Counted from the first letter of the stretch, positions 1-8,658 are shown. The stretch is DNA of 64,000 nt from Candidatus Saccharimonadales bacterium (GCA_046350615.1 JAXMAA010000001.1:200480-264479); one strand, 5' to 3'. Translations and numbers: made by a program. Notes: generated by a model from the sequence alone, not told the origin.

Positions 1-13
1 AGCAAAAGAACAC

Positions 14-51
14 AAAAAACTGCGTAATCATTCGTTGGTGCGCAGTTTTTT
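14..51 (+). terminator. possible hairpin terminator of the gene upstream of the window
   Basis: aaaaaactgcg (14-24) is the reverse complement of cgcagtttttt (41-51). 16-nt loop. T-run on + strand and A-run on the other side. Only 5 G/C pairs. Confidence 0.3.
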
Positions 52-382
52 AATTTCATCAACCCCTCCACTATCGTTACCGCCCCTTAAACCAACCCCG
101 TACACCGATGCAGCCCCTCCAACCAGAACTCACCAAGACGATGTCCTAAGCCAAGTCTTGCTCTTGGGTTGCTGCGGAATCCTCCTCCGCCAAGGCTACG
201 GAAGGACAGGCTCGCTCTTCACCCTGTGCATCGAAGCCTTGGTGGAGATGTATCGGTTGGATCGGTGGTTGGGAGGGCTGCAGTGGCGTAGGTAGGCTGG
301 TTTTAGTTAACTCGTGAGGGCAGGATCTATTGGGTTTCCACCGTTTCTGAGGCTTTATCCACTAGCATTTTGCTCAGATGTA

Positions 383-398
383 TGACAATATATAGTCA
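383..398. promoter_or_regulatory. NrdR-box-like AT-rich near-palindrome 2 nt upstream of the nrdR start
   Basis: tgaCAATATATAGtca. The central 12 nt fit the remembered NrdR-box consensus acaCwAtATaTwGtgt; the outer arms do not. Single copy only. Confidence 0.25.
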
Positions 399-670
399 TA
401 TGAAATGCCCCTTTTGTCACAATAAGACGGAAATTTACAATTCTCGTGCTTCCCATAAATCTACGCAAACCTGGCGGCGGCGCAAATGCACTAGCTGTAA
501 TAAAAGCTTCACCACACGGGAAAAAATCGATTGGAGCGGCCAGATCACCGTCCGTGAGAGTAAACAGGAAACACCCTATAGTCATGACCGCCTGCTGTTA
601 AGCGTTGTGCGAGCGTCGGAAGGCGCCATGTTGGCCCCAGAAATGGTGACAGAACTCGTTGACAGCGTCG

Positions 671-1255
671 AAATAAACTTCCCACGACCTCACGGTCGGG
701 GTATTGGCTCCTTCAAACTAACCGAAGGTTAGTTTGCCCACTATCCTGTTTGCCTTGGTTTTCTATGTAGCTTCGTATAGTGCTTTCGTTTATGCCAACT
801 GTGCTAACAAAGTAGCCTTCCGACCAAATACTGTCTGTGCCCCAGTAGATCTTTTTTAGAAATGGTAGCTCGGCCTTCATGCCTCTTGCAGTGTTTGCCT
901 TAATTATACCCACCACCTTACCTACGGACCACGTTGGTGGAATGGAAACGAGCATGTGTATGTGGTCTTTGTCGGTATTGGCAGTTTTGAAGATGACTTC
1001 AGGGTAGTGGTCCTGGATTTCTTTGATACGAGATGTAATGAAGGCCTTAACGCCTTCGTTGATGATACTGCGTCGGTATTTGGTCGGAAACACTATATGG
1101 TAGTCACAGAGGAATACACAGTGGGATTTATGACGATAGAGCGTTGGCATTACCTACTCATGATAGTCGGTGCAGGCCGAAAGCGGCAAACAAGCTAGTG
1201 GGTTAGGGCATACTGCCCACGACCTTACGGTCGGGGTACTGTGCGCCTGGAATAG
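671..1255 (-). mobile_element. IS200/IS605-family element, tnpA-only (IS200 type), copy 1
   Basis: Appears identical over 585 bp to 49586-50170 (visual comparison; encoded TnpA identical). Subterminal hairpins cccacgacc-tcac-ggtcgggg (681-701) and cccacgacc-ttac-ggtcgggg (1216-1236) lie in the same orientation. No terminal inverted repeats. aata is repeated at both edges, so the true element is probably 579 bp (672-1250). Confidence 0.9.
713..1150 (-). CDS. tnpA: IS200-family Y1 (HUH) transposase TnpA, 145 aa
   Basis: HUH motif in DKDHIHMLVSIPP and C-terminal catalytic Tyr context RSYIENQ. Size is typical of IS200 TnpA. Confidence 0.9.
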   Translation of the reverse strand: MPTLYRHKSHCVFLCDYHIVFPTKYRRSIINEGVKAFITSRIKEIQDHYPEVIFKTANTDKDHIHMLVSIPPTWSVGKVVGIIKANTARGMKAELPFLKKIYWGTDSIWSEGYFVSTVGINESTIRSYIENQGKQDSGQTNLRLV

Positions 1256-1470
1256 CCCTCCAGAGCGCTTTTTCGGCTCAAGCAGTCATTGAGACCACCA
1301 CTATCACTCAAACAGCCACAGCAATCCTCTCTCGGCATAATACGCACGTGGCCTTACGGTATGTGCAACACGTCTACAACAATAAACCTCCACTAGAGCT
1401 TGTACGGCAACTTATGGCTGAGGATAAGAACAGAACCTCGAAACTTAGTTTTTAGAGTATTTACTCTATT

Positions 1471-1497
1471 AGATCTCTCCACTACGGTCGAGATGAC
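1471..1497. repeat. hairpin repeat unit (GATC...GATGAC family)
   Basis: agatctctccactacggtcgagatgac. Same unit type as 16963-16988 and 24459-24485. Followed by the ctaagaactaag..agatctaagatct motif. Confidence 0.7.
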
Positions 1498-1552
1498 CGG
1501 CTCACCCTAAGAACTAAGCTCTGAGATCTAAGATCTATCTACTCTGCGGGGT

Positions 1553-3226
1553 TCAATGCCTCTCGTTCGCAGCAGCCTTATCATCCACCTTGCCCTTGTA
1601 CGTCAGTTTAAACTTATCGAGATATTTACCGAGCATCAGATGTGTTTGTGAGTTCAACCCCGCCAATGAGCCATACACAATGCTCGTCACCGGCAAAAGG
1701 ATCCACTGCGCAAGCATAAGAAACGAACGATGACGTTTATACCTTGCTGGTCGGGGCGGTAAAAATTTCATGGAGAAGAATATTGAAATAACGAGACCGG
1801 TCAGTGCAATTGTTTGGGCGTAGCTTGCAATTACGGGCAGTTGGTGAGCAACAATACTCTTATCTGCCTGATTGCCGATGAGCAGTGGTATACGTGCTGC
1901 CAGCATCAAAAGTAGCGCCGCTGTCGCCCAACTCACATGCGTATCGAGCAAACGGAAGAACTTTGGGATAAAGCTACTGAGCGGAACTATCCTATTTTTT
2001 TTACTTTTAAAACCAAGGTTAGCAATATATGGAATATCGGAGGCGCCGTATGCCCACCGCTGCACCTGTACAAATTGCGCTTTCAGTGTTTCCCGGTAAG
2101 TATCGGAAAGCACGGCATCTTGATAAGTTGGCGCAAAAATTGGCACCACCTGGTGATTGCCCTTAAACGCAAAATAACTTCGCCAGAATTGATGGCCGTC
2201 TTCCACAATGGTTCGGGTACTCCAAAAATCGGTTTCAATCAGCGCATCGAGGCTTTGAGCATGGCTTGAAAAATTACGAAGTAAATGGGGCCTCACGGAT
2301 TGCGTAATGGTAAAAAACGAGTTCCCAACTGCAAGTACACGCATTGCAGCAGGCACATCCCATATATTATTTGTGTAGAGCGCGAGCGGCTGGTACGAAT
2401 GATGTTTACGATCGTGAGTTAGGATATACGAATAGGTCAAGTGGGCAAAGTAATTGGGGTGCACACGGTTATCCGCATCGAGGGTAGTGACCAGCACACG
2501 CTGCGGATTGATCTTCATCTTCTTGAAATAAGGTAATGCCTCTCGAGCGGCCCATGTTACATTACCACCCTTCCCGACCACTTCGTTCGGCTGATCGGTG
2601 TGTTTTGTGGCAGTCGCATACTTGAACTGAGACCCAAAGTGCTTCAAAAGTTTTTGCGCAGTCGCCTCGGCCCCTGTTCCGCCCCTTTCCTCATAGGCGA
2701 TCACCAACACAAGCTGATCAGTCGGATACTCAGAATCAAGCAGCGACTGAAGGGTTGGCGCAATGACCTCATATGTCTCTCTCCACATCGGCACAATAAT
2801 AAGCTGCTCGACATCACTCGGCTTGAGATCACGCAGATCGCCATCGGCCATATACTCACGCAGGTTCAGCAGATGTTGCTTTTCGTAGGAATGGCGAATC
2901 TGTTTACTGCCAAGCCTATCAATCGCAGTCTCGGAGTTCTCTAGATCATCAAGCCACTGCTGCCAAGGAATTTTTACAGATTCCTTCATTCGTTTGTAGC
3001 CCTGAATTGTCCGAAATGCGATACCTATGGAACGATAGAACCAGCTCATCATAAAAAAAAGTATGAAGATTGCTGCTAACCGGGAGGTTTTATCTATCCT
3101 GGTTAAGATTACCGGTAAAAGCAAGATGGACCAGCTCATTGCCCCTGGCAAGATCTCGAAAAAGCGGTACTTAAATGTTCGTTTACCAACAGGAATTTCT
3201 AAAGCTGCCGGAAATCTCCCAGCCAT
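1553..3226 (-). CDS. membrane-bound family 2 glycosyltransferase (processive, cellulose/chitin-synthase-like)
   Basis: 557-aa ORF with multiple hydrophobic segments. Has the DAD motif (TTLDADNRV) and QxxRW motif (QVQRWAYG). Confidence 0.7.
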   Translation of the reverse strand: MAGRFPAALEIPVGKRTFKYRFFEILPGAMSWSILLLPVILTRIDKTSRLAAIFILFFMMSWFYRSIGIAFRTIQGYKRMKESVKIPWQQWLDDLENSETAIDRLGSKQIRHSYEKQHLLNLREYMADGDLRDLKPSDVEQLIIVPMWRETYEVIAPTLQSLLDSEYPTDQLVLVIAYEERGGTGAEATAQKLLKHFGSQFKYATATKHTDQPNEVVGKGGNVTWAAREALPYFKKMKINPQRVLVTTLDADNRVHPNYFAHLTYSYILTHDRKHHSYQPLALYTNNIWDVPAAMRVLAVGNSFFTITQSVRPHLLRNFSSHAQSLDALIETDFWSTRTIVEDGHQFWRSYFAFKGNHQVVPIFAPTYQDAVLSDTYRETLKAQFVQVQRWAYGASDIPYIANLGFKSKKNRIVPLSSFIPKFFRLLDTHVSWATAALLLMLAARIPLLIGNQADKSIVAHQLPVIASYAQTIALTGLVISIFFSMKFLPPRPARYKRHRSFLMLAQWILLPVTSIVYGSLAGLNSQTHLMLGKYLDKFKLTYKGKVDDKAAANERH

Positions 3227-3228
3227 AT

Positions 3229-3597
3229 CTAAACCCTGCTCACTAACCCTAAGAGTGCATTGCTGATTAAAAAACCGAACAAAGCTATGACAATGTAAAT
3301 TACCAGAAGACCAATAGCAAAAATTCGATTTCCTTTATGGAGTCTATACGCCAAAAAAATACTCGCCGCAGCACCAAAAAGCGCAATCAAGGCGAGACTA
3401 TAAAGTGAATACCACGATGAAGACTGCACCACACTTCCGTCATTCACAATATATTGAACTGGCACTTTAAAATCGTGACTTTTAAGCCGGACGAGTATTG
3501 AAATAACGGTTGCTAGTGCGAGTAAACCAGAAGCAATCGAGAGTATCATGATTGTTTTATCTTTTGTAAACAGTGTGTGTTCGTTCAATTTTTCCAT
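3229..3597 (-). CDS. small integral membrane protein (122 aa)
   Basis: ORF 3229-3867 trimmed to Met at 3597 (MEKLNEH...) because the upstream part overlaps tRNA-Gly. Three predicted hydrophobic helices. Confidence 0.55.
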   Translation of the reverse strand: MEKLNEHTLFTKDKTIMILSIASGLLALATVISILVRLKSHDFKVPVQYIVNDGSVVQSSSWYSLYSLALIALFGAAASIFLAYRLHKGNRIFAIGLLVIYIVIALFGFLISNALLGLVSRV

Positions 3598-3625
3598 CAG
3601 TTGTACTCTATTATACCCCAATACG

Positions 3626-3646
3626 TCTGGTGCGGGTACAGAGAAT
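3626..3646 (-). repeat. 21-nt duplicate of the tRNA-Gly 3' end
   Basis: tctggtgcgggtacagagaat at 3626-3646 is identical to 3721-3741 (2 nt of flank plus CCA, discriminator, acceptor and part of the T stem). Confidence 0.85.
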
Positions 3647-3722
3647 ATGCTTCGCATATATCTTCGTTGCTTACTCGGAGCAAGCTCCTGTGTAAGCTCC
3701 TCGCTATCGAACTTCTGTTCTC

Positions 3723-3797
3723 TGGTGCGGGTACAGAGAATCGAACTCTGCTCTCGACCTTGGGAAGGTCGCATATTAGCCACTATACGATACCCGC
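3723..3797 (-). tRNA. tRNA-Gly (anticodon CCC)
   Basis: Manual cloverleaf: GCGGGTA/TACCCGC acceptor, anticodon arm CGACC-TTCCCAA-GGTCG, T arm CAGAG-TTCGATT-CTCTG, encoded CCA. Confidence 0.9.
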
Positions 3798-3952
3798 CTG
3801 GGCTGAAGCTTCGGCGGGCAAGCCCGCTAAGATTCAGGTTAAGTTGAAAGCGCCAACGAGTGTGCACTTTTAACTTTAAAGCTTAACTCTTGATCGTAAG
3901 TTTAATAATTAAGCTTGCCTTAATTATGGGAACTGCAGATGCAAGGGTAAGC

Positions 3953-4028
3953 TGGAGCCGATGAGCGGGTTTGAACCGCTGACCTACGCTTTACGAAAGC
4001 GCCGCTCTACCAACTGAGCTACATCGGC
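3953..4028 (-). tRNA. tRNA-Thr (anticodon CGT)
   Basis: GCCGATG/CATCGGC acceptor, D arm GCTC-AGTTGGTA-GAGC, anticodon arm GCGCT-TTCGTAA-AGCGT, T arm AGCGG-TTCAAAC-CCGCT, encoded CCA. Confidence 0.9.
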
Positions 4029-4242
4029 ATAAATTAACAGACGCTATTGTAGCAAATATTATAGGAATATACATTGTAAAACAGATGAAATTTTGCTACT
4101 ATACTCTAGTCTTTCAATGGTGTTATCGCCAAATTCAAAAACAAAGCACATGCGACTTTTTGAATTTGAAAGGAAGCAAAGCGGAAAGTGGCTGCTTACG
4201 TGCATCAGTGCATCAGCAAAAACTTACAGCACTTGCTGATGC

Positions 4243-4320
4243 GGGCTCGTAGTGAAGTTGGCCTATCACGTCTCCCTGTCACGGAGAAGATCGCCGGTTC
4301 GAATCCGGTCGGGCCCGCCA
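4243..4320 (+). tRNA. tRNA-Asp (anticodon GTC)
   Basis: GGGCTCG/CGGGCCC acceptor, D arm GTGA...TCAC, anticodon arm TCTCC-CTGTCAC-GGAGA, T arm GCCGG-TTCGAAT-CCGGT, G discriminator plus CCA. Confidence 0.9.
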
Positions 4321-4327
4321 AGTGGAC

Positions 4328-4355
4328 AAAATACCATTTTTATGGTATTTTTTAT
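4328..4355 (+). terminator. weak AT-rich hairpin plus T-run after tRNA-Asp
   Basis: aaaatacca (4328-4336) pairs with tggtatttt (4343-4351), followed by more T. Only 2-3 G/C pairs. Confidence 0.35.
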
Positions 4356-4357
4356 TT

Positions 4358-4957
4358 ATGAGCAGTCTTATGCCAGAGGTGCCCGATAGTCGATACGCCC
4401 CAATTCCTCAAAAGAAATATCACTGTGTTCCAGCATGCTTGCAAATGATCTTAACGAAGCACGAACTTCATGTACCCTCACAAGATGAGATTGGTTATAA
4501 TCTAGGAGTAATTGTACCTTCTGATGAAGCTGGCAATTTTGATCCAGTTAGAGTTGGTATTGAACCAGATGGTTGTCACGGAACTCATCTGGAAAAACCT
4601 GAGTATGACTTTAATACCGTCGCTCGCGCACTTGGTTGGGGTGTAAAAATGACCTGTCGCTCTCCTGATAACTTCACGACATCTGAGTCCCTACTCGACT
4701 ATCTAACCCAAGCCGAGGAAGCGGATAAAGATGTAATCCTTTGCTATGACTTTCCTGCGCTCTATGAGAACGGCAGTGGTGGTCACACAAACCTCTTCGA
4801 CAGAGTCAGACCAGAGGGTATCAGAGTTATTGAGCCAATTGAAATAGCTGCCCGCCCAAACTATCTGTGGCGCACACAAGACCCTACCGAACTTCTAACA
4901 GCGATGCAAGTTCACGCGGACTATATGGGTGGTACCTGGGAAATTGAGCTAACCTAG
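4358..4957 (+). CDS. hypothetical protein (possible papain-like Cys peptidase fold, unverified)
   Basis: ORF 4322-4957. Start moved to ATG 4358 because 4322 abuts the tRNA and crosses the hairpin. The motif YHCVPACLQMIL resembles a Cys-peptidase active-site context. No firm family assignment. Confidence 0.4.
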   Translation: MSSLMPEVPDSRYAPIPQKKYHCVPACLQMILTKHELHVPSQDEIGYNLGVIVPSDEAGNFDPVRVGIEPDGCHGTHLEKPEYDFNTVARALGWGVKMTCRSPDNFTTSESLLDYLTQAEEADKDVILCYDFPALYENGSGGHTNLFDRVRPEGIRVIEPIEIAARPNYLWRTQDPTELLTAMQVHADYMGGTWEIELT

Positions 4958-5049
4958 AATAATAGTTCCAGATCTCCAAAGTTACGGTCCACCAAATATT
5001 GACTTAATGTCATTTTTATGATAATATTTTTCTATAGCATAAGCATAGA

Positions 5050-5910
5050 ATGAACTACGAATTAATACCTACTACTCCTAGAAGTGCTGATCTTATTGCT
5101 GAAATGCATGGATATAATGATGCAAAAGATTTTGCTGCAAGTTTACCCGAGGGAGCCAATGTTCTAGATGTAGGGTCAGGTGATTCAACTTTTGGCAAGA
5201 CGATTGCTGAACTAAGGCCTGATATATCTTGGACTAATTTTGATTATAGTTATGAAGATAAAGAAGCTCTAGCAAGGATAAGTGAAGGGGCACCCGAGAA
5301 TATTGAATATGTAGCTGGTGATGCTACAAAACTTAGCGAGCTATATGAGCCCGAAACCTTTGATGCGGTATTTTCATATTGGATGATGCCACATCTTTCC
5401 ATAGATGACATGAAGCCAGCTTTAGATGCTGCAAAGTCCATATTTGAGGTCGTCAAAAAGGGAGGCCTAATTTCTATTGGGCCTGTCGCAGGTGATAGTC
5501 ACCTATCATACTTTCGTTCCGGTAAAGCCTTCAGTGTGGTTAAGGATGAAACACTCGACGCTGATGGCTTCGCAGAGATGATAGCAGGTAAAACCAAGTT
5601 GCCCAGAGTTGCACGCTTTATTCAGAAAACAGCCAATGAGGTAGTGACACCTACACTTGGTACTTCACGCTGGTCTATTCATGATGAGTTTATACCCAAG
5701 GTACGCGACCCCAAAACAAGAGACTATGTGTCTCCGTTTAGTAAAAGAGGTCTAGCTGTAGCCAGAGACCTAACCGTTGCAGGCGCACGCTATGTCAGCG
5801 CAGAGTATCCAGAAAAAGTGTCTGCAGCCAAGAGGCTAGTCTTAGGCGCTGGTATTATAGCAACTACTACCGTAGCAGGTTCTCACGCCAGAAAACAAAG
5901 AAGAAATTAG
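5050..5910 (+). CDS. class I SAM-dependent methyltransferase with C-terminal hydrophobic tail
   Basis: Motif I VLDVGSGDS, then acidic post-I and motif II-like regions. 286 aa. Confidence 0.65.
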   Translation: MNYELIPTTPRSADLIAEMHGYNDAKDFAASLPEGANVLDVGSGDSTFGKTIAELRPDISWTNFDYSYEDKEALARISEGAPENIEYVAGDATKLSELYEPETFDAVFSYWMMPHLSIDDMKPALDAAKSIFEVVKKGGLISIGPVAGDSHLSYFRSGKAFSVVKDETLDADGFAEMIAGKTKLPRVARFIQKTANEVVTPTLGTSRWSIHDEFIPKVRDPKTRDYVSPFSKRGLAVARDLTVAGARYVSAEYPEKVSAAKRLVLGAGIIATTTVAGSHARKQRRN

Positions 5911-6057
5911 GGAGTAGGTTGTACTGATCTTCAATTGAAATAGTTCCGATCACCTTTCGCAGGCTGGCTATCTCCATGAACAAGGAGTGGGTTTTCTTGT
6001 ACGGCTATTAAGGAGATAGTTCCTGGTTCCTAAGATTATAGACCGCCAAGCAAAGCC

Positions 6058-7125
6058 CTACTCTGCTTGTTCTTCTGTGGTGGATTGTTGTAATTTTATG
6101 TATTCTTTTATTTTGTTTTGTTCTCGGTATTCTTTGAGGTATTGGGTCATGTCTTTTACTTTTACTCTAACAATTGAGACTTTGGCTCGGTTTTCATCTA
6201 CTTTCTCGGTTACAGTAACAATAAAGTAATCGCTTGATGTTTTAATAACATCACTTACCTGCCCAGGTTGTAATTGAAAGACCTTCTCCGAGACCTCTGG
6301 CGGAAGATTGGCACGCCCCTTTTCAACGACACCAATATCCCCGCCAAGTTGTTTGGTTTCAAGGTCTTCAGATGAAGCCCGAGCCACATCTGCAAATGGT
6401 TTGCCGGCCTTAATTTCGGCCAAGATGGCCTCAGCGCGTTTTGGCGCTCCCGCATCAAGCTCACGAGCTACTTTCTGACGTAAAATGTTGTCTTTTATGT
6501 AACGACGTAGCTCAGATTCGGTAAAATTAAAACTTTCGCCCAAGATCTGGCTCAGATCACCACCACTTGACTTAACCCGTGCTACGACATCATCAACCTC
6601 TTTGTCGTCGACTGTGATCTTATGTTGCTTAGCTAGCGATCGGGCGATTGTGTTGGTCATTGCCTTATCGAGAGCGGAGCGTTTTAAATATTCTATTTGA
6701 CGCTTTCCATCTGGCGACTTTAAATCTGTAGTTCCGTATTTTTCTTGCCAGTGCAACGAGGAGCTAAGCTCAAATAAATAACTCTCGTATGATGTGCGTG
6801 ACCCATTCACCCTTGCTACAGGAAATGGTAGAATGCCGGTTACACCTTTTGTGAAATCACTAGTATCCTGCCAGCGGTAGAGCTGCAATCCGGTGTATCC
6901 ACCCAGAAGGAGAAGGGCTACAACTACAACAATCATTGAAATGATCGCCACCCTATGCTTTGAATGCTGGAATGGATATTTAAACTGACGGCCTTTGCTT
7001 AATACTTCATCACGGTGACGAGAAACGGTGTCATTAGTAACCCGCTGTTCAGTTTGGCTTGCTGCTGCTTCAGGCTTCTTCTGACGCTTTAACTTATTGA
7101 GCATCTGCTTCGGCTTTTTCATCAA
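6058..7125 (-). CDS. membrane-anchored PpiC/parvulin-type peptidyl-prolyl isomerase (SurA/PrsA-like)
   Basis: N-terminal TM helix (AIISMIVVVVALLLLGG). C-terminal parvulin domain (GGDIGVVEKG...VSDVIKTSSDYFIVTV). Confidence 0.7.
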   Translation of the reverse strand: MMKKPKQMLNKLKRQKKPEAAASQTEQRVTNDTVSRHRDEVLSKGRQFKYPFQHSKHRVAIISMIVVVVALLLLGGYTGLQLYRWQDTSDFTKGVTGILPFPVARVNGSRTSYESYLFELSSSLHWQEKYGTTDLKSPDGKRQIEYLKRSALDKAMTNTIARSLAKQHKITVDDKEVDDVVARVKSSGGDLSQILGESFNFTESELRRYIKDNILRQKVARELDAGAPKRAEAILAEIKAGKPFADVARASSEDLETKQLGGDIGVVEKGRANLPPEVSEKVFQLQPGQVSDVIKTSSDYFIVTVTEKVDENRAKVSIVRVKVKDMTQYLKEYREQNKIKEYIKLQQSTTEEQAE

Positions 7126-7636
7126 GTTCTACTCCGCTTTCTTTTATTGCTGCAACTATCTCAGCTTGGGTCTCGGCAGGATGCGGTACTTTTGAAATGA
7201 CAAAATCCCCCACCAAGGTTTGTATAATTATTGTACCAAATCCCAGCAAAGTTTCTAGCATACCACGCACTTCGTAGTTAACACTTAAGATACGCCTCAG
7301 ACTAATGTCATTCACACTGCGACTTTTAAAAATACCTTTTTGACGGATTTGCATAAATCGCTGACTCGTGACCAAGCAAATACTGTAGTACCACCCAATC
7401 CAATAATAGAAGAAGCCGATAGCGCCAATCAAAAGACCAATGCCTATTGGTCTTAAAAACTGTACCAAGAAATCACCCATAGTGAGTGCATTCTTGCTAG
7501 TAAACAAGCCAACAATTGCGCCAGCCAGTAGTGCAAACATCATGATTAATAGGCCCTTGCGCATCACAATAGGATGCCGCCGAAACGTTAATAAAACATC
7601 TTCATCTTGAAACTGCCCAGGAAACTGCCTCTTCAT
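7094..7636 (-). CDS. membrane protein with bacterial PH (YdbT/YdbS-like) domain
   Basis: ORF trimmed to Met 7636 because the 5' extension overlaps tRNA-Arg. Two TM helices followed by a PH-like region. Functional call is tentative. Confidence 0.5.
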   Translation of the reverse strand: MKRQFPGQFQDEDVLLTFRRHPIVMRKGLLIMMFALLAGAIVGLFTSKNALTMGDFLVQFLRPIGIGLLIGAIGFFYYWIGWYYSICLVTSQRFMQIRQKGIFKSRSVNDISLRRILSVNYEVRGMLETLLGFGTIIIQTLVGDFVISKVPHPAETQAEIVAAIKESGVELDEKAEADAQ

Positions 7637-7669
7637 GCTTATCCTTAGTATACCCCATGATACACAAAC

Positions 7670-7744
7670 TGGTATCCCCACTACGATTCGAACGTAGATC
7701 TACTCCTTAGGACGGAGGTATTCTATCCATTGAACTATGGGGAC
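7670..7744 (-). tRNA. tRNA-Arg (anticodon CCT)
   Basis: GTCCCCA/TGGGGAT acceptor (G1-U72 wobble), D arm GTTC-AATGGATA-GAAT, anticodon loop GTCCTAA, T arm CTACG-TTCGAAT-CGTAG, ACCA end. Confidence 0.8.
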
Positions 7745-7799
7745 ACGCTGCTCATATTATACCAGTTCGGCTAGAATTTGGTCCTCCGTCTGCTTTTTT

Positions 7800-7922
7800 C
7801 ATCTCGAGTGAAATCGAGAGATCTATTCTCGGTCGGCACAAAACCTCCCCCTCCGTCATCCTGAACTTGTTTCAGGATCTATACTAATAACCAACTGGAT
7901 CCTGAAACAAGTTCAGGATGAC
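7800..7922. repeat. composite hairpin-repeat block including a 68-bp inverted-pair element (7855-7922)
   Basis: catctcgagtgaaatcgagagatc + attctcggtcggcacaaaacctccccctcc + gtcatcctgaacttgtttcaggatc-18 nt-gatcctgaaacaagttcaggatgac. A diverged relative of the 138-bp pil repeat arms. Confidence 0.85.
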
Positions 7923-8028
7923 AGCTAAGGTTGATCGTTTCTTGGATTGAAAAATGAGTGTAGACTGGCTAATTACCCCTAAGCGTACGGACATCTTTAG
8001 AGCTTCTATTCTATAGATACTCGATCAA

Positions 8029-8658
8029 TTAGTAGTACTTGGCGTACATAACGGCTTCTGAGCCGAGGTCGTAGCTTGGAATGTCTTCACCTTCAAACCA
8101 CAGGCCAATTTCGTACTCGGCCTCTGGCTCCACTTCGCTTGCGTGGAAAAGGTTGTGAATTGAGCGGCCCTCTACATTGGCAACCGATGGGCTATCTACC
8201 GAATAATCTCCCCGGATGGTACCAACATCGGCTTTGAATGGTAACGTGTGACCAGCGAGCTTTCGCACCATATCAACCGCCTGGATACCCTCAACCACCA
8301 TTGCCACTACTGGTCCAGAAGTCATAAATTCAACAAGACCTGCTACCACGTTCTGACCAATGGTGGTTTTATCGGTGGTACCTAAAACCTCACCAGCGTC
8401 AGCCTCCAGATTATCGAAGGCGCTGAGCGACTTTTCGCCTAAGCGAGCAACCCACGCCTCATCACTCACTGGGTAATGCTTTCTCACCTGCTCTTCGGTT
8501 GGAATAAGCATCTTCATGGCAACAACTTTGAGGCCAGCTTTTTCAATTCTCTGAATAATATCACCTATTAAACCTCGCTTCACGCCATCGGGCTTAATTA
8601 AACAGAATGTTCTTTCAAATCGAATGCTTTGAACTGCTGGATGTGTTTTTGAACTCAT
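8029..8658 (-). CDS. ndk: nucleoside diphosphate kinase (long form)
   Basis: TFCLIKPDGVKRGLIGDIIQRIEKAGLKVVAMKM and the NxxHxS region (NLFHASE). Confidence 0.85.
   Translation of the reverse strand: MSSKTHPAVQSIRFERTFCLIKPDGVKRGLIGDIIQRIEKAGLKVVAMKMLIPTEEQVRKHYPVSDEAWVARLGEKSLSAFDNLEADAGEVLGTTDKTTIGQNVVAGLVEFMTSGPVVAMVVEGIQAVDMVRKLAGHTLPFKADVGTIRGDYSVDSPSVANVEGRSIHNLFHASEVEPEAEYEIGLWFEGEDIPSYDLGSEAVMYAKYY

Larger units (their letters stand above)
400..1455 (+). pseudogene. nrdR: NrdR transcriptional repressor gene interrupted by an IS200-type insertion (parts 400-670 and 1256-1455)
   Basis: N-terminal Zn ribbon MKCPFCHNKT...CTSCNKSFTTRE. ORF 370-732 reads into the IS. The downstream piece is in frame (…AFSAQAVIETTT…VALRYVQHVYNN…) to the stop at 1453-1455. 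Removing 585 or 579 bp restores one ORF. Confidence 0.85.

Noticed and set aside
35-295. 86-aa ORF at the window start
   Set aside because: It lies in the GC-rich structured region upstream of nrdR, starts with TTG, has no RBS, and shares only the 26-mer-derived peptide with another spurious ORF.
3598-3867. 5' extension of ORF 3229-3867
   Set aside because: It runs through tRNA-Gly (3723-3797) and its duplicated 3' end. The gene was shortened to Met 3597.
4130-4168. 12-bp hairpin caaattcaaaaa / tttttgaatttg upstream of tRNA-Asp
   Set aside because: The stem is almost pure A/T and there is no clear functional context. Left unannotated.
7637-7681. 5' extension (GTG start) of ORF 7094-7681
   Set aside because: It overlaps tRNA-Arg (7670-7744). 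The internal Met at 7636 begins the recognisable protein.
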